Assembly (NCBI GenBank): GCA_963779815.1 | Contig: CAVZZR010000001.1 | Span: forward strand, 594,588-658,587 | DNA length: 64,000 bases | DNA from: an uncultured Actinomycetes bacterium | GTDB lineage: Bacteria; Actinomycetota; Thermoleophilia; Solirubrobacterales; 70-9 | Reading direction: 5' to 3' | Part shown: in pieces, positions 54,419 to 63,457 of the stretch | Position numbering within the stretch: position 1 is the stretch's first letter | Layout of the letters: every line of letters begins with the position of its first letter | Program-made: the position numbers and the translations under genes | The notes under the pieces: generated by a model | The model's database searches: none | Told to the model about the DNA's origin: nothing | Seen by the model: only the letters and a program-made list of their open reading frames with translations

Positions 54419-54864
54419 ATGGAGGCACTGAAGATGGAGCGGCCGATGGACAACTGGAACGACGACCGGCTCGACGAACTGAACCGGCGCATGGGGGACG
54501 GCTTCACGAAGGTAGATGAGCGGATCACGAAGGTAGACGAACGGTTCGACCGGGTCGACGAGCGGTTCCAAGCAGGTAGACGAACGGTTCGACCGGGTAG
54601 ACGAGCGGTTCAAGCAGGTAGACGAACGGTTCGACCGGGTAGATGAGCGGTTCACGAAGGGTAGACGAACGGTTCGACCGGTTGGACAAACGGTTCGAGC
54701 AGGTCGCCATCCGCGAGAGCGTCACCGAGGTGAAAGAAAGCGTCGCTCGGATCGACCGAAGGCTGGAGCGGTTCGAAACTCGGATGGAGCAGCGGATGGA
54801 CCGGTTTACCTGGGCCTTCGTCGCGTTGGTGCTGGCCTTGCTGACGAGACGGTTCGTCAACTAG
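54419..54864 (+). CDS. Small C-terminally membrane-anchored coiled-coil protein built from about 9 heptad repeats (VDERFDR / VDERFKQ), 2 frameshifts inside the repeats
   Basis: MEALKMERPMDNWNDDRLDELNRRMGDGFTKVDERITKVDERFDRVDERF...VDERFDRLDKRFEQVAIRE...MEQRMDRFTWAFVALVLALLTRRFVN*; single +1 insertions at ttcCaagcag and aagGgtagac split it into three listed ORFs. Confidence 0.55.
54506..54706 (+). repeat. In-frame 21-nt (7-codon) tandem repeat, about 9 copies (42-nt super-period), inside the gene above
   Basis: ggtagacgaacggttcgaccgg / gtagacgagcggttcaagcag units repeated directly. Confidence 0.8.
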
Positions 54865-55946
54865 AGCTTCCAGCGGAAGCCGAGCGCGCTCGATCGCCGG
54901 CTCCAGCGGGCTGCTCGGCAGGCCCGGCCTGCGTCGCCTGCTCTGGGTCGTTGTAGCCGCCCGGGGCGACGTCGTTGGGCGTGTCCGGGTGGAAGATCGA
55001 GGCCAGGTACTGGATCTGGCCGCGGCCCTGGCCGAGCTCGGTCTGGCCGCCGCCGTAGGCGCCGATCCCGCGCTCCTCGCAGTAGTCGTAGGCGGCGAAG
55101 AGGTCGCTGATCGGGCCGAAGCGCGAGGGCTTGACGTTGACCGTCTTCGGCGGCGACCAGGGCATCGCCTCGATGTCGGCGATCGAGTGGATCGGCGCGT
55201 CCCAGGTGACCCGCTCGGAGACCGGGTCGAGCAGCGGTTTGGTCTCCTCGGTGACGTCGGGGTCCTCGAGCCAGGCGTCGGGGAAGGTCTCGATCAGCTT
55301 CGCGTAGAGCTCGGGGTCGGTCTCGACGTCGACCGGCGTGCCTTTGTAGAAGCCCTTGAGGTCGAGCGAGTCGACGGCGCCGGTCTCCGCCAGCGCCGCG
55401 ATCAGCTCGTCGTCCCAGTCGTTGGCCGGGTCGAGCTTGAAGCGCAGGGTCGGGTAGACGGCAAGGCGCGCAAGCAGCGGCTCGATCGAGGAGCGCTCGC
55501 CCGCTTCGAAACCAGCCAGCCGCATCGAGTTGACGAAGTTCAGCGGCCGCGGCTCCCGCCCCAGCGCCTCGGCCAGGTTCGGTCCCAGCCTGGCGCAGCG
55601 CCAGGTCCAACGCCGCCGACTCGAAGGCCCAGCGCCGGTAGTCGCGGCGAGACGTCCCCGCGCTCCGGCGCCCCGGCAGGAAACAGATCGATCCCATCCA
55701 GCCGCTCGGAGAACTCGGCAAAGGTAAAGCTGCCCGCTCCAGCCCCTCCGGCGGCCCATGGCTCTGCTGGCCGATGTGGTCGATAGCGTCATAGACGACG
55801 TCCTCGCCGATCCCCTCCTCGACCACCGCCGCGAAGTCGAACGATCGTCGTCAGCCGTTCAAACTCGCCGACGGTGATCTCAAGCCCCTCGAACCCACAG
55901 CTCTCGATCTCCAGCGGCAGATCGGCGATCGCGTCGAAGCTGGCCA
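54857..55946 (-). CDS. Enolase-superfamily (mandelate racemase / o-succinylbenzoate synthase-like) protein, 1-2 frameshifts
   Basis: N-terminal TIVRLRGGGEEGIGE (GxGE capping motif), long C-terminal barrel-like region; family call tentative. Confidence 0.4.
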
Positions 55947-56030
55947 TGCTTGGGAGCGTAGAGGAGCCGGGAGAGGGGTCTCCGGACCCTCCCCGCTGTT
56001 GTCCGGAGGCCCCCCTCCCCCGGCTCCTCC

Positions 56031-57502
56031 CTACAGCGCCACCCGAAGAGTCTTCAACTCCCGATCCGAACCCCCCCGGACATACCCGCCGTGGTCAAGG
56101 CTTTCCCGGATGAAGTCAAGAGTCTCCGGAGTAAGCCGCTCGCCAGGAAGCACATTCGGAATCCCCGGCGGATAAGCCGCCAGCCCCTCGGCGGCAACCC
56201 GCCCCGCCGCAGCGTCGAAGGGAACAACCTCCTGCGGCCCAAGGAACGCTTCGCGCGGCGTCAGCACCAGCTCTCCCCAGGGCGGCGCCGGCGCCAGCTT
56301 CTCGTCCGGCGCCCCCGGCGTCTCCTCCAGCTCGGCGACCGCCTTGCGCAGCCCCTCGACCAGCCGCTCGCCGCTCTCCTCCGCCCGCTCGCCGACGCCG
56401 AAGATCGGCGACGACGACGTTGCCCGAGTAGAGCTCGAGGTCGATCTCGCTGACGTGGAAGGCGGTCTTCCAGAGCCGCTGGGCGCTGGAGCCGGTGCCG
56501 CGGACGTCGATCCCGAGCCGCAGCGGGTCCCAGCCGGCGACGCCGGGCCGTCCGACCATCCGCTCGTCGAGCACGTCGAGCCCGGGGATCTCGCGGATCT
56601 TCTCGCGCGTCTTCGCCAGCCCCGCCATCGCCTCGCTCAGCATCTCCTCGCCGTGCACGTACATGTGGCGGCGGGCGGCGTCGAGCGAGCCGGCGAGGAG
56701 GCCGCTGGGGCTGGTCGTCTCGACCAGGCTGACGCAGCGGTCGACGACGGCGCCGTCGATGCGGCCGCCGCGGCCGAGGTGCAGCATCGCCGACTGGGTG
56801 AGGCTGCCGACGATCTTGTGGGTCGAGGAGGTGACGAGGTCGGCGCCGCAGGCGAGCGCGTCGGTCGGCAGGTCGGGGTGGAAGTGGAGGTGCGCGCCCC
56901 AGGCCTCGTCGACGACCAGCGGCACGCCGCGCGAGTGCGCGACCTCGGCCAGCGCCGGCGACATCGGCGCAGGCGCCGAAGTAGGTCGGGGAGACGACCA
57001 TCGCCGCCACCGCCTCCGGGCGTCTCGTCAAGCGCCGCCGCCAGCGAGTCCGGCGTCAGCCCGTGGGCGATCCCCAGCTCGGGGTCGAGCTCGGGGGCGA
57101 CGAAGGTCGGCCGCATGCCGCTGAGGACGAGGCCGTCGATCACCGAGGAGTGGACGTTGCGCTGGACGACGACCCGGTTGCCGCCGTGGGCGAGCGCCAT
57201 GCAGGCGGCGTGGTTGCCCTGCGAGGCGCCGTTGCCGAGGAACCAGGTGCGGCCGGCGCCCCAGGCCTCGGCGGCGAGCTGCTGGGCCTGCTGGAACGGC
57301 GTCGGCTCGGGCCCGACGTCGACCCCCTCGGTGACCGAGGGGATGTCGTTGCGCAGCCCCGCTTCGCCGACCAGCGCCAGCTCGCCGGGTCGGCGCCGAT
57401 GCCGCCCTTGTGCCCCGGCACCTGGAAGCGGCCCGGGTCGCGCTTCGCGTAGGCGAGCATCGCGTCGACGTAAGGAGTGGACTCCTGACCCTCTCCTGGC
57501 AT
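56031..57502 (-). CDS. PLP-dependent Orn/Lys/Arg decarboxylase (major-domain family), about 3 frameshifts
   Basis: PGHKGG, SSTHKIVGSLTQSAML (PLP-Lys), NGASQGNHAA, C-terminal FIRESLDHGGYVRG. Confidence 0.7.
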
Positions 57503-57596
57503 CGATCCGAGTCTACGGGTCGGCTTCAGGACGACTGGACAAATCCGCGGCCGATCTTTGGACAGAGCCGACGATTCGCTTGGTGGAGAATCCACC

Positions 57597-59000
57597 GATG
57601 CAGCACACCCGCCTGGGCTATTGGATCGAGGAGGCCGGCAAGGCCGCCCCGCAGCCGCCGCTGAGCGGCGAGCGTCGAGGCCGACGTCCTCGTCGTCGGC
57701 GGCGGCTACACGGGGATGTGGAGCGCCTGGTACGCGAAGCAGCTGCGAGCCCGAGGCGCGGGTCGTCCTGCTCGAGGCCGAGCCGGTCTGCGGGCGCGGC
57801 CCGAGCGGCCGCAACGGCGGCTTCTGCAACGCGATGTGGTTCTCGCTCGCTTCGATGCGCGAGCGCTGGGGCGACGTGCCGGCGCTGCAGGTGGCGCAGG
57901 CGGCCGAGCAGGCGGTGGCGCGGATCGGCGCCTTCTGCGAGGAGCACGCGGTCGATGCCTGGTTCCGTCCCGCCGGCTACGTCCAGGTCTCGACCGCACC
58001 GGCCCACGACGGCGCATGGGGCCGGGCGCTGCAGGCCTGCCGCGAGCTCGGGGTGCCGGAGATGCTGCAGCCGCTGAGCGCGGCCGAGGTAGCCGAGCGG
58101 TGTCAGTCGCCGGCCTTCCGCGCCGGCGTCGTCTCGCCGACCTCGGCGACGGTGCAGCCGGCGCGGCTTGCGCTGGGGTTGCGCGAGCAGCTGCTGGCGG
58201 CGGAGGTGGAGGTCTACGAGGCCTCGCCGGTCTCCTCCTTTCGGGAGAGCGGCGACGGCGTCGAAGCCCGTACCGCCTCCGGCTCGGTCCGCGCCGCCCG
58301 CGGCGTCCTCGCGATCGGCAGCGCCGCCAAGGGTCGCCGCGGCCCTCTGCGCGGGCGCCTCACCGTCGCCTCCTCCCACATCGTCCTCACCGAGCCGGTG
58401 CCCGACGTGCTCGAGCAGATCGGCTGGACCGACGGCGACTGCATCACCGACTCCCGTTCCCTGCTGCACTACTTCCGCACCACCCGCGACGGTCGCATCG
58501 CTTTCGGCTGGGGCGGCGGCCGGATCGCGATGGGCGCCCGCACCAAGGGCCGGGCCGAGGTCGACCCCGAGGTCGTCGCCGCGGCAACTAAGCACCTCCA
58601 CGACTACTTCCCCGCCCTCCGCAACCGCCGCATCACCCACGCCTGGGGCGGCCCGATCGACGCCTCCCCGACCCACCTCCCCGCCGTCAGCACACTCCCC
58701 CAGGGCAGCGCCTTCGTCGCCGCCGGCTACACCGGCAACGGCGTCGGCCCCTCCAACATGGTCGGCCGCACCCTCGCCTCCCTGGCCCTCGACGAAGACG
58801 ACGAGCACACCCACCTCGCCTTCGTCGACGCCAAGACCCCCCGCGTCCCCCCCGAGCCCTTCCACTGGATCGGCGGCGAGGCAATCCGCCTCGGCATCCT
58901 CAAGAAAGAGGAGGCAGAGATGCAAGGCCGCCAGCCCGGCCGCGTCTCCTCAGCCGTGGCGAAGATTCCGGAGCTGATCGGCTTCCACATCGGCCGCTGA
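57597..59000 (+). CDS. FAD-dependent oxidoreductase (DAO/glycine-oxidase family), 2 N-terminal frameshifts
   Basis: Dinucleotide fold DVLVVGGGYTGMWSAWYA, then VVLLEAEPVCGRGPSGRNGGF; 480-aa body in one frame. Confidence 0.7.
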   Translation, partial: DAAHPPGLLDRGGRQGRPAAAAERRASRPTSSSSAAATRGCGAPGTRSSCEPEARVVLLEAEPVCGRGPSGRNGGFCNAMWFSLASMRERWGDVPALQVAQAAEQAVARIGAFCEEHAVDAWFRPAGYVQVSTAPAHDGAWGRALQACRELGVPEMLQPLSAAEVAERCQSPAFRAGVVSPTSATVQPARLALGLREQLLAAEVEVYEASPVSSFRESGDGVEARTASGSVRAARGVLAIGSAAKGRRGPLRGRLTVASSHIVLTEPVPDVLEQIGWTDGDCITDSRSLLHYFRTTRDGRIAFGWGGGRIAMGARTKGRAEVDPEVVAAATKHLHDYFPALRNRRITHAWGGPIDASPTHLPAVSTLPQGSAFVAAGYTGNGVGPSNMVGRTLASLALDEDDEHTHLAFVDAKTPRVPPEPFHWIGGEAIRLGILKKEEAEMQGRQPGRVSSAVAKIPELIGFHIGR

Positions 59001-59032
59001 CTGCCCTGCTTGCCACTTGTAGTTCAGGAAAT

Positions 59033-59118
59033 GGTTAAGACATTGCAAAAGACAATGTTCTGTCCACAGGCGCCCTATACTGGTGGTTAGGGCATTGCAA
59101 AAACCAATGTTTTAACCA
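59033..59118. promoter_or_regulatory. Two 33-bp direct repeats (GGTTAaGaCATTGCAAAAgaCAATGTTcT / GGTTAgGgCATTGCAAAAacCAATGTTtT), each holding a CATTG-N7-CAATG palindrome, flanking a TATACT -10-like box; candidate AbiEi operator/promoter
   Basis: Read from the sequence; AT-rich 130-bp gap immediately upstream of abiEi. Confidence 0.55.
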
Positions 59119-59128
59119 CCTGCTCTCC

Positions 59129-59689
59129 ATGCCAGGACAGATCTACAACCACATAGCCACACTCGCCGCTGACAACTACGGCTTCATCACCACCGATGAG
59201 GCCGGGGCGGCGGAAATCAATCCCCACCGACTGCTCGAACTAGCGCGTCGCGGCCAGATCGAGCGCCGTGGGACCGGGCTTTACCGCGTTCCGTTGATTC
59301 CGCCGACGCCGCTCGACCCGTATCGAGAGGCAACCCTCTGGCCCCGTGGCGTCGAAGCAGTGATCTCCCACGAAACGGCTCTCGACATTTACGAGCTCGG
59401 AGACGCCAACCCGGCCAAGATCCACATCACCGTTCCGCGCGCTCACCGCCCCCGCCGTCAGGTGCCGGTTCAATACCGCCTCCATCGTGAAGACCTCCAA
59501 GGCAAGGAGACCACCTTCCACGAGGGCATTCCGATTGTCACCGCGGTCAAAGCGATCCGTCAGGCTCGGCGACTAGGCCCTGCTCTACTACGTCAGGCAA
59601 TCGAAGAGGGGGAGCAGCGCGGACTTATTTCCCGAGCGGAGGCGGAACAGCTACGGGACGAGACTCAGGTCGGTGGAGTGACGCGATGA
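59129..59689 (+). CDS. abiEi: Type IV TA / abortive-infection AbiEi-family antitoxin (wHTH transcriptional regulator)
   Basis: 186 aa; N-terminal wHTH GFITTDEAGAAEINPHRLLELARRGQIERRGTGLYR and VISHETALDIYELGD typical of AbiEi_4; 4-nt overlap with the downstream gene. Confidence 0.75.
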   Translation: MPGQIYNHIATLAADNYGFITTDEAGAAEINPHRLLELARRGQIERRGTGLYRVPLIPPTPLDPYREATLWPRGVEAVISHETALDIYELGDANPAKIHITVPRAHRPRRQVPVQYRLHREDLQGKETTFHEGIPIVTAVKAIRQARRLGPALLRQAIEEGEQRGLISRAEAEQLRDETQVGGVTR

Positions 59690-60549
59690 GCGGGCAGGTC
59701 CTCCCGGACCGGGGACCGAATAGGCGCCCTCGAGAGACGCCCACCCAGAAGGCTCATCTCGAGCGCCTGATCGCTCACTACGGCAGCTCGATCGGGGTTG
59801 CGCCGGGCCGGGTTCGCCGCTGGCTCTCGGTAATGGTCTTGCTGGGAGCGCTCGATCGGGTGCGCGAATCCGACCCGGTTTTCCTGCTCAAGGGGGGCGT
59901 GGCGATCGAGCTACGCCTGCGCGGTCAGGCAAGGGCTACGAAAGACGTAGACCTCGTCTTCTTCGGCGATCCGGAGGATCTCGCGGACGATCTCGATCGC
60001 GCACTCGCTGAGCCCTACGCCGAGTTCAGCTTTCAACGGAAGGCGATCGGAGAGGGGGGCGGAGGGCGCTTCCGGCGCCTGGAGATCAAGCTCATGTTTC
60101 GAGGCCGCAGCTGGGCCACGCTGAGGCTCGATGTCGCCGCCCCTGATAGCCGATCGATCGATGGCGAATTCGTGCCGGCGATCCCCCTCGACGAATTCGG
60201 CATCGCCGGCCCGGAGGCAATCCCTTGCCTCTCGCTGCGCTACCAGATCGCCCAAAAGCTCCACGCTGTGACCGAGCGCCTTCCCGATGGTGACAACGAG
60301 CGCTTCCGGGACCTGATCGATCTCATCATCTGCCGCGACCTGGTCGAGAGGATGGACGAGGTGAAAAGGGCTTGCCGCGACACGTTTGCAGCCCGCGGTA
60401 AACACACCTGGCCACCGGAGCTCGTCGTTCCCGACATCTGGACCGAGCCATATGCAGCCCTGGCAGAGGAGATGGACTTTCCGATCCCGGCGGTCGAGGA
60501 GGCTGCTGCGGAGGTGCGAGATCTGATTACCGCGATCGACGCCGCGTAG
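59686..60549 (+). CDS. abiEii: Nucleotidyltransferase AbiEii/AbiGii toxin (DUF1814) family protein
   Basis: 287 aa; FLLKGGVAIELRLRGQARATKDVDLVF NTase motif (hG[GS] ... DxD). Confidence 0.75.
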   Translation: MSGQVLPDRGPNRRPRETPTQKAHLERLIAHYGSSIGVAPGRVRRWLSVMVLLGALDRVRESDPVFLLKGGVAIELRLRGQARATKDVDLVFFGDPEDLADDLDRALAEPYAEFSFQRKAIGEGGGGRFRRLEIKLMFRGRSWATLRLDVAAPDSRSIDGEFVPAIPLDEFGIAGPEAIPCLSLRYQIAQKLHAVTERLPDGDNERFRDLIDLIICRDLVERMDEVKRACRDTFAARGKHTWPPELVVPDIWTEPYAALAEEMDFPIPAVEEAAAEVRDLITAIDAA

Positions 60550-60556
60550 CGCCGCC

Positions 60557-61437
60557 CTAGGTAGCCGCGGGCGCCCCGGCCGGGACCCGGTGCCGACCCC
60601 GCCCTCCTGTTCGGGCCGGACGCTGGTCATCTTTTCGGCCCGGCGCTGCTGCCAGGTGGCGAGGCCCATGGTTGCGCAGGTGAAGAAGAAGAGGATCATC
60701 GCGATCACGTTGACCTCGACCGGGATGCCTCGCTGGGCGGCGCCGAAGATGTAGAGGGGGAAGGTGACCGTGGTGCCCGAGTTGAAGTTGGAGATGACGA
60801 AGTCGTCGATCGAGAGGGCGAAGGCGAGCATCGCGGCGCCGAAGATCCCGGGCATGATCAGCGGCAGGGTGACGAGGCGGAAGGTCTCGAAGGCGTTCGC
60901 GCCCAGGTCCTTCGCCGCCTCCTCGAGGTTGCGGTCGAAGCCGATCAGCCTGGAGCGGACGACGACGACGACGAAGCTGATGCAGAACATCACGTGGGCG
61001 ATCAGCAGCGTCTGGAAGCCGAGGCTGAAGCTGCCGATCAGGAGGAAGAAGGAGAGCAGGGCCGAGCCCATCACCACCTCGGGCGTCGCCATCGGGATCA
61101 CGATCAGGAAGTTGGCGGCGCGGCGGCCGAAGAACTCGTAGCGGACCAGCGCCATCGCCATCAGGGTCCCGATCACGGTCGAGATCACGGTCGCCAGGAC
61201 CGCCAGCTTCAGGCTCGTCACCAGAGCTTCGTTCAGCTCCGGGATCCCGAAGGCGTTGCTCCAGTGTTCCGTCGTGAAGCCGACCCAGTTGAAGTTGTAG
61301 CGGCCGGCCGGGTCGTTGAACGAGAAGCCGAAGATCACCGCGATCGGGATCAGCATGTAGAGGACGACCAGCACGGCGACGATCTGCACCGCGTGCTCGC
61401 GCAGCCAGCGCCAGGCTCCTCCGCCGCGACCGTCCAT
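60557..61437 (-). CDS. potC: Polyamine ABC transporter permease (PotC/PotI-like); 3' end likely affected by a frameshift
   Basis: 6-TM ABC-2 permease with EAA-like loop EEAAKDLGANAFETFRLVTLPLIMPGIFG. Confidence 0.75.
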
Positions 61438-62285
61438 CAGACCGCCTCCTCACCCATCAGCGACTCCGAGCCGGCGAAGCGGATGTAGACGAGGACGAGG
61501 ACGAGGATCGCCGCCATCAGCACGAAGGAGAGCGCCGCGGCGGCGGGGTAGTCGGACTGTTTGAGGTAGAGCGACTGGATCACGTTGCCGATCATCTGGT
61601 TGCTGGCGCTGCCGAGGAACTGGGCGTTGACGTAGTCGCCCGAGGCGGGGATGAAGGTCAGCAGCGTCCCCGCCACCACCCCGGGCGCCGAGAGCGGCAG
61701 CGTCACCCGCCAGAACGTCTGCGCCGCGGAGGCGTAGAGGTCCTTCCCGGCCTCGATCAGCCGCGCGTCGATCCGCTCCAGGCTGGCGTAGATCGGCAGC
61801 ACCATGAAGGGGAGGAAGTTGTAGGTGAGGCCGGCGATCACGGCGCCCCCGGTCGCCAGCACGTGCCCTTCCGGGGCCAGGCCGAGGAAGTCGAGCACGC
61901 TCACCACCGGGCTCTGGTCGGAGAGGATCGTCTCCCAGGCCAGGGTCCGGATCAGGTAGGTCGTGAAGAAAGGGGCGACGACGGCGAAGAGAAAGACGTT
62001 GCGCCAGCGCCCGGCCTTGAAGGCGATCGTGTAGGCCAGCGGGTATGCGAGCAGGAGCGCGAACAGCGTCGCCAGGCCCGCGTAGACGAACGAGCGCACG
62101 AACTGACTGTCGTAGAGCTGCAGCGCGTCGGAGTAGTTCTCCCAGTGCCAGTTGAATTCGTAGGAGCCGAAGACGCCGGAGTTGAGCGACAGTTCCGCCA
62201 GGTAGTAGAGCGGGACGACGAAGAACAGAAGCAGCCAGGCCGCTCCCGGCCCGAGCAGGAGGTAGGGAGCGACCCGGCGTCTCAT
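61437..62285 (-). CDS. potB: Polyamine ABC transporter permease (PotB/PotH-like)
   Basis: IEAGKDLYASAAQTFWRVTLPLSAPGVVAG EAA motif; 282 aa intact. Confidence 0.8.
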   Translation of the reverse strand: MRRRVAPYLLLGPGAAWLLLFFVVPLYYLAELSLNSGVFGSYEFNWHWENYSDALQLYDSQFVRSFVYAGLATLFALLLAYPLAYTIAFKAGRWRNVFLFAVVAPFFTTYLIRTLAWETILSDQSPVVSVLDFLGLAPEGHVLATGGAVIAGLTYNFLPFMVLPIYASLERIDARLIEAGKDLYASAAQTFWRVTLPLSAPGVVAGTLLTFIPASGDYVNAQFLGSASNQMIGNVIQSLYLKQSDYPAAAALSFVLMAAILVLVLVYIRFAGSESLMGEEAV

Positions 62286-62289
62286 CGGC

Positions 62290-63450
62290 TCAGCCGTTGA
62301 GCACCGCGTTGAAGGCGCGGTTCAGGTTCTGTTCTTCTTCCCCGGTCGGCGACGGCTGGATCGTGCAGTTCTTGGTGAAGGACTGATCCGGGAAGATCAG
62401 CTGGTTCTTCGCGATTTCCGGTTCTTCCTTCAGCAGGACCGGTTTCACGTTTTCCACCGGGCTCACGTAGTTGACGTAGGCCTCGATCTGGGCCTGGTTC
62501 TTGGGGTCGTAGACGTAGTTCATGAACGCCTCGGCCGCCGTCGGGTTCGGAGCCCCGACCGGGATCACCATGTTGTCGGACCAGAGGATGCAGCCCTCGG
62601 TCGGCATCCGCCATTCGATGTTCGGGTTGTCGGCCTGCAGCTGGACCGCGTCGCCGGACCAGCCGATCACCGCGACCGCGTTGCCGCTGGTCAGGTCGCC
62701 GCCGTAGTCGTTGCCGGTGAAGCGGCGGATCTGCCCGGAGTTGGCGGCGGATTCGATTTTGTCGATCGCCTTCAGCCAGTCGTCTTCGCTGGCGTTGGTG
62801 GGATCGATGCCGAGGCACTTCATCACCAGCGGCACCGTGTCGCGGAGTTCGTTCAGCATCTCGACCTTGCCCTTGTACTTGGGGTCGAAGAGGTCGCAGA
62901 TCGATTTAACGTCCGGCGCCAGGTCCTTGCGGACGATGATCCCGGTCATCCCGCTCTGCCAGGGAGCGCTGAATTCCCGGTTCGGGTCGTAGGCCGGTTC
63001 CCGCAGGTTGGCGACGAGGTTCTTTTCGAAGTTCGGCAGCGCCGACTTGTCGAAGTTCTGCAGGTAGCCGAGTTCGTGCATTTTGTTCGCCATCCAGTCG
63101 GTGACGACGAAGAGGCTGCGGCCGCCCGATTCCCCCTGTTTGAGCAGCGGGTCCATCTTCGCGAAGAACTCTTCGTTGGCGTTGACGTCCTCGATGTATT
63201 TGACCGAGACGCCGGTTTCCTTTTCGAAGTCCGGCACGGTCTGCTTGTCGATGTAGAGCGGCCAGTTGGAGATCGTCACGGCGCCCGAGGCCTTGCCTTC
63301 GAGCTTCACTTCTTCGGCTTCGGTGTCGCTGCCGTTGATGCCGCTGCCTCCGCCGCCGCAGGCCGCGAGCCCGAGGGCCAGCGCTGCGACTGCAATCAGG
63401 ACGGCGAGGATTGCCGGGCTCCTGCGTTGGTCCTTCTTGCTGTTCAACAT
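62290..63450 (-). CDS. potD: Spermidine/putrescine ABC transporter substrate-binding lipoprotein (PotD/PotF-like)
   Basis: Lipobox LALGLAACGGG; SBP_bac_1/PotD-like fold; start at ATG 63450. Confidence 0.8.
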   Translation of the reverse strand: MLNSKKDQRRSPAILAVLIAVAALALGLAACGGGGSGINGSDTEAEEVKLEGKASGAVTISNWPLYIDKQTVPDFEKETGVSVKYIEDVNANEEFFAKMDPLLKQGESGGRSLFVVTDWMANKMHELGYLQNFDKSALPNFEKNLVANLREPAYDPNREFSAPWQSGMTGIIVRKDLAPDVKSICDLFDPKYKGKVEMLNELRDTVPLVMKCLGIDPTNASEDDWLKAIDKIESAANSGQIRRFTGNDYGGDLTSGNAVAVIGWSGDAVQLQADNPNIEWRMPTEGCILWSDNMVIPVGAPNPTAAEAFMNYVYDPKNQAQIEAYVNYVSPVENVKPVLLKEEPEIAKNQLIFPDQSFTKNCTIQPSPTGEEEQNLNRAFNAVLNG

Positions 63451-63457
63451 CTGCGGG

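Noticed and set aside
54506-54706. The 21/42-nt tandem repeat considered as a CRISPR array or non-coding minisatellite
   Set aside because: The units are contiguous with no spacers, and they maintain a single heptad reading frame continuous with flanking coding sequence. This is a coding repeat.
17400-59000. Interpreting the frameshifted genes as genuine pseudogenes or as programmed ribosomal frameshifting
   Set aside because: Too many essential single-copy genes are affected in a contiguous block with clean flanks. The shifts I could localise sit at homopolymers with no slippery-site or pseudoknot context. Technical indels are far more parsimonious.
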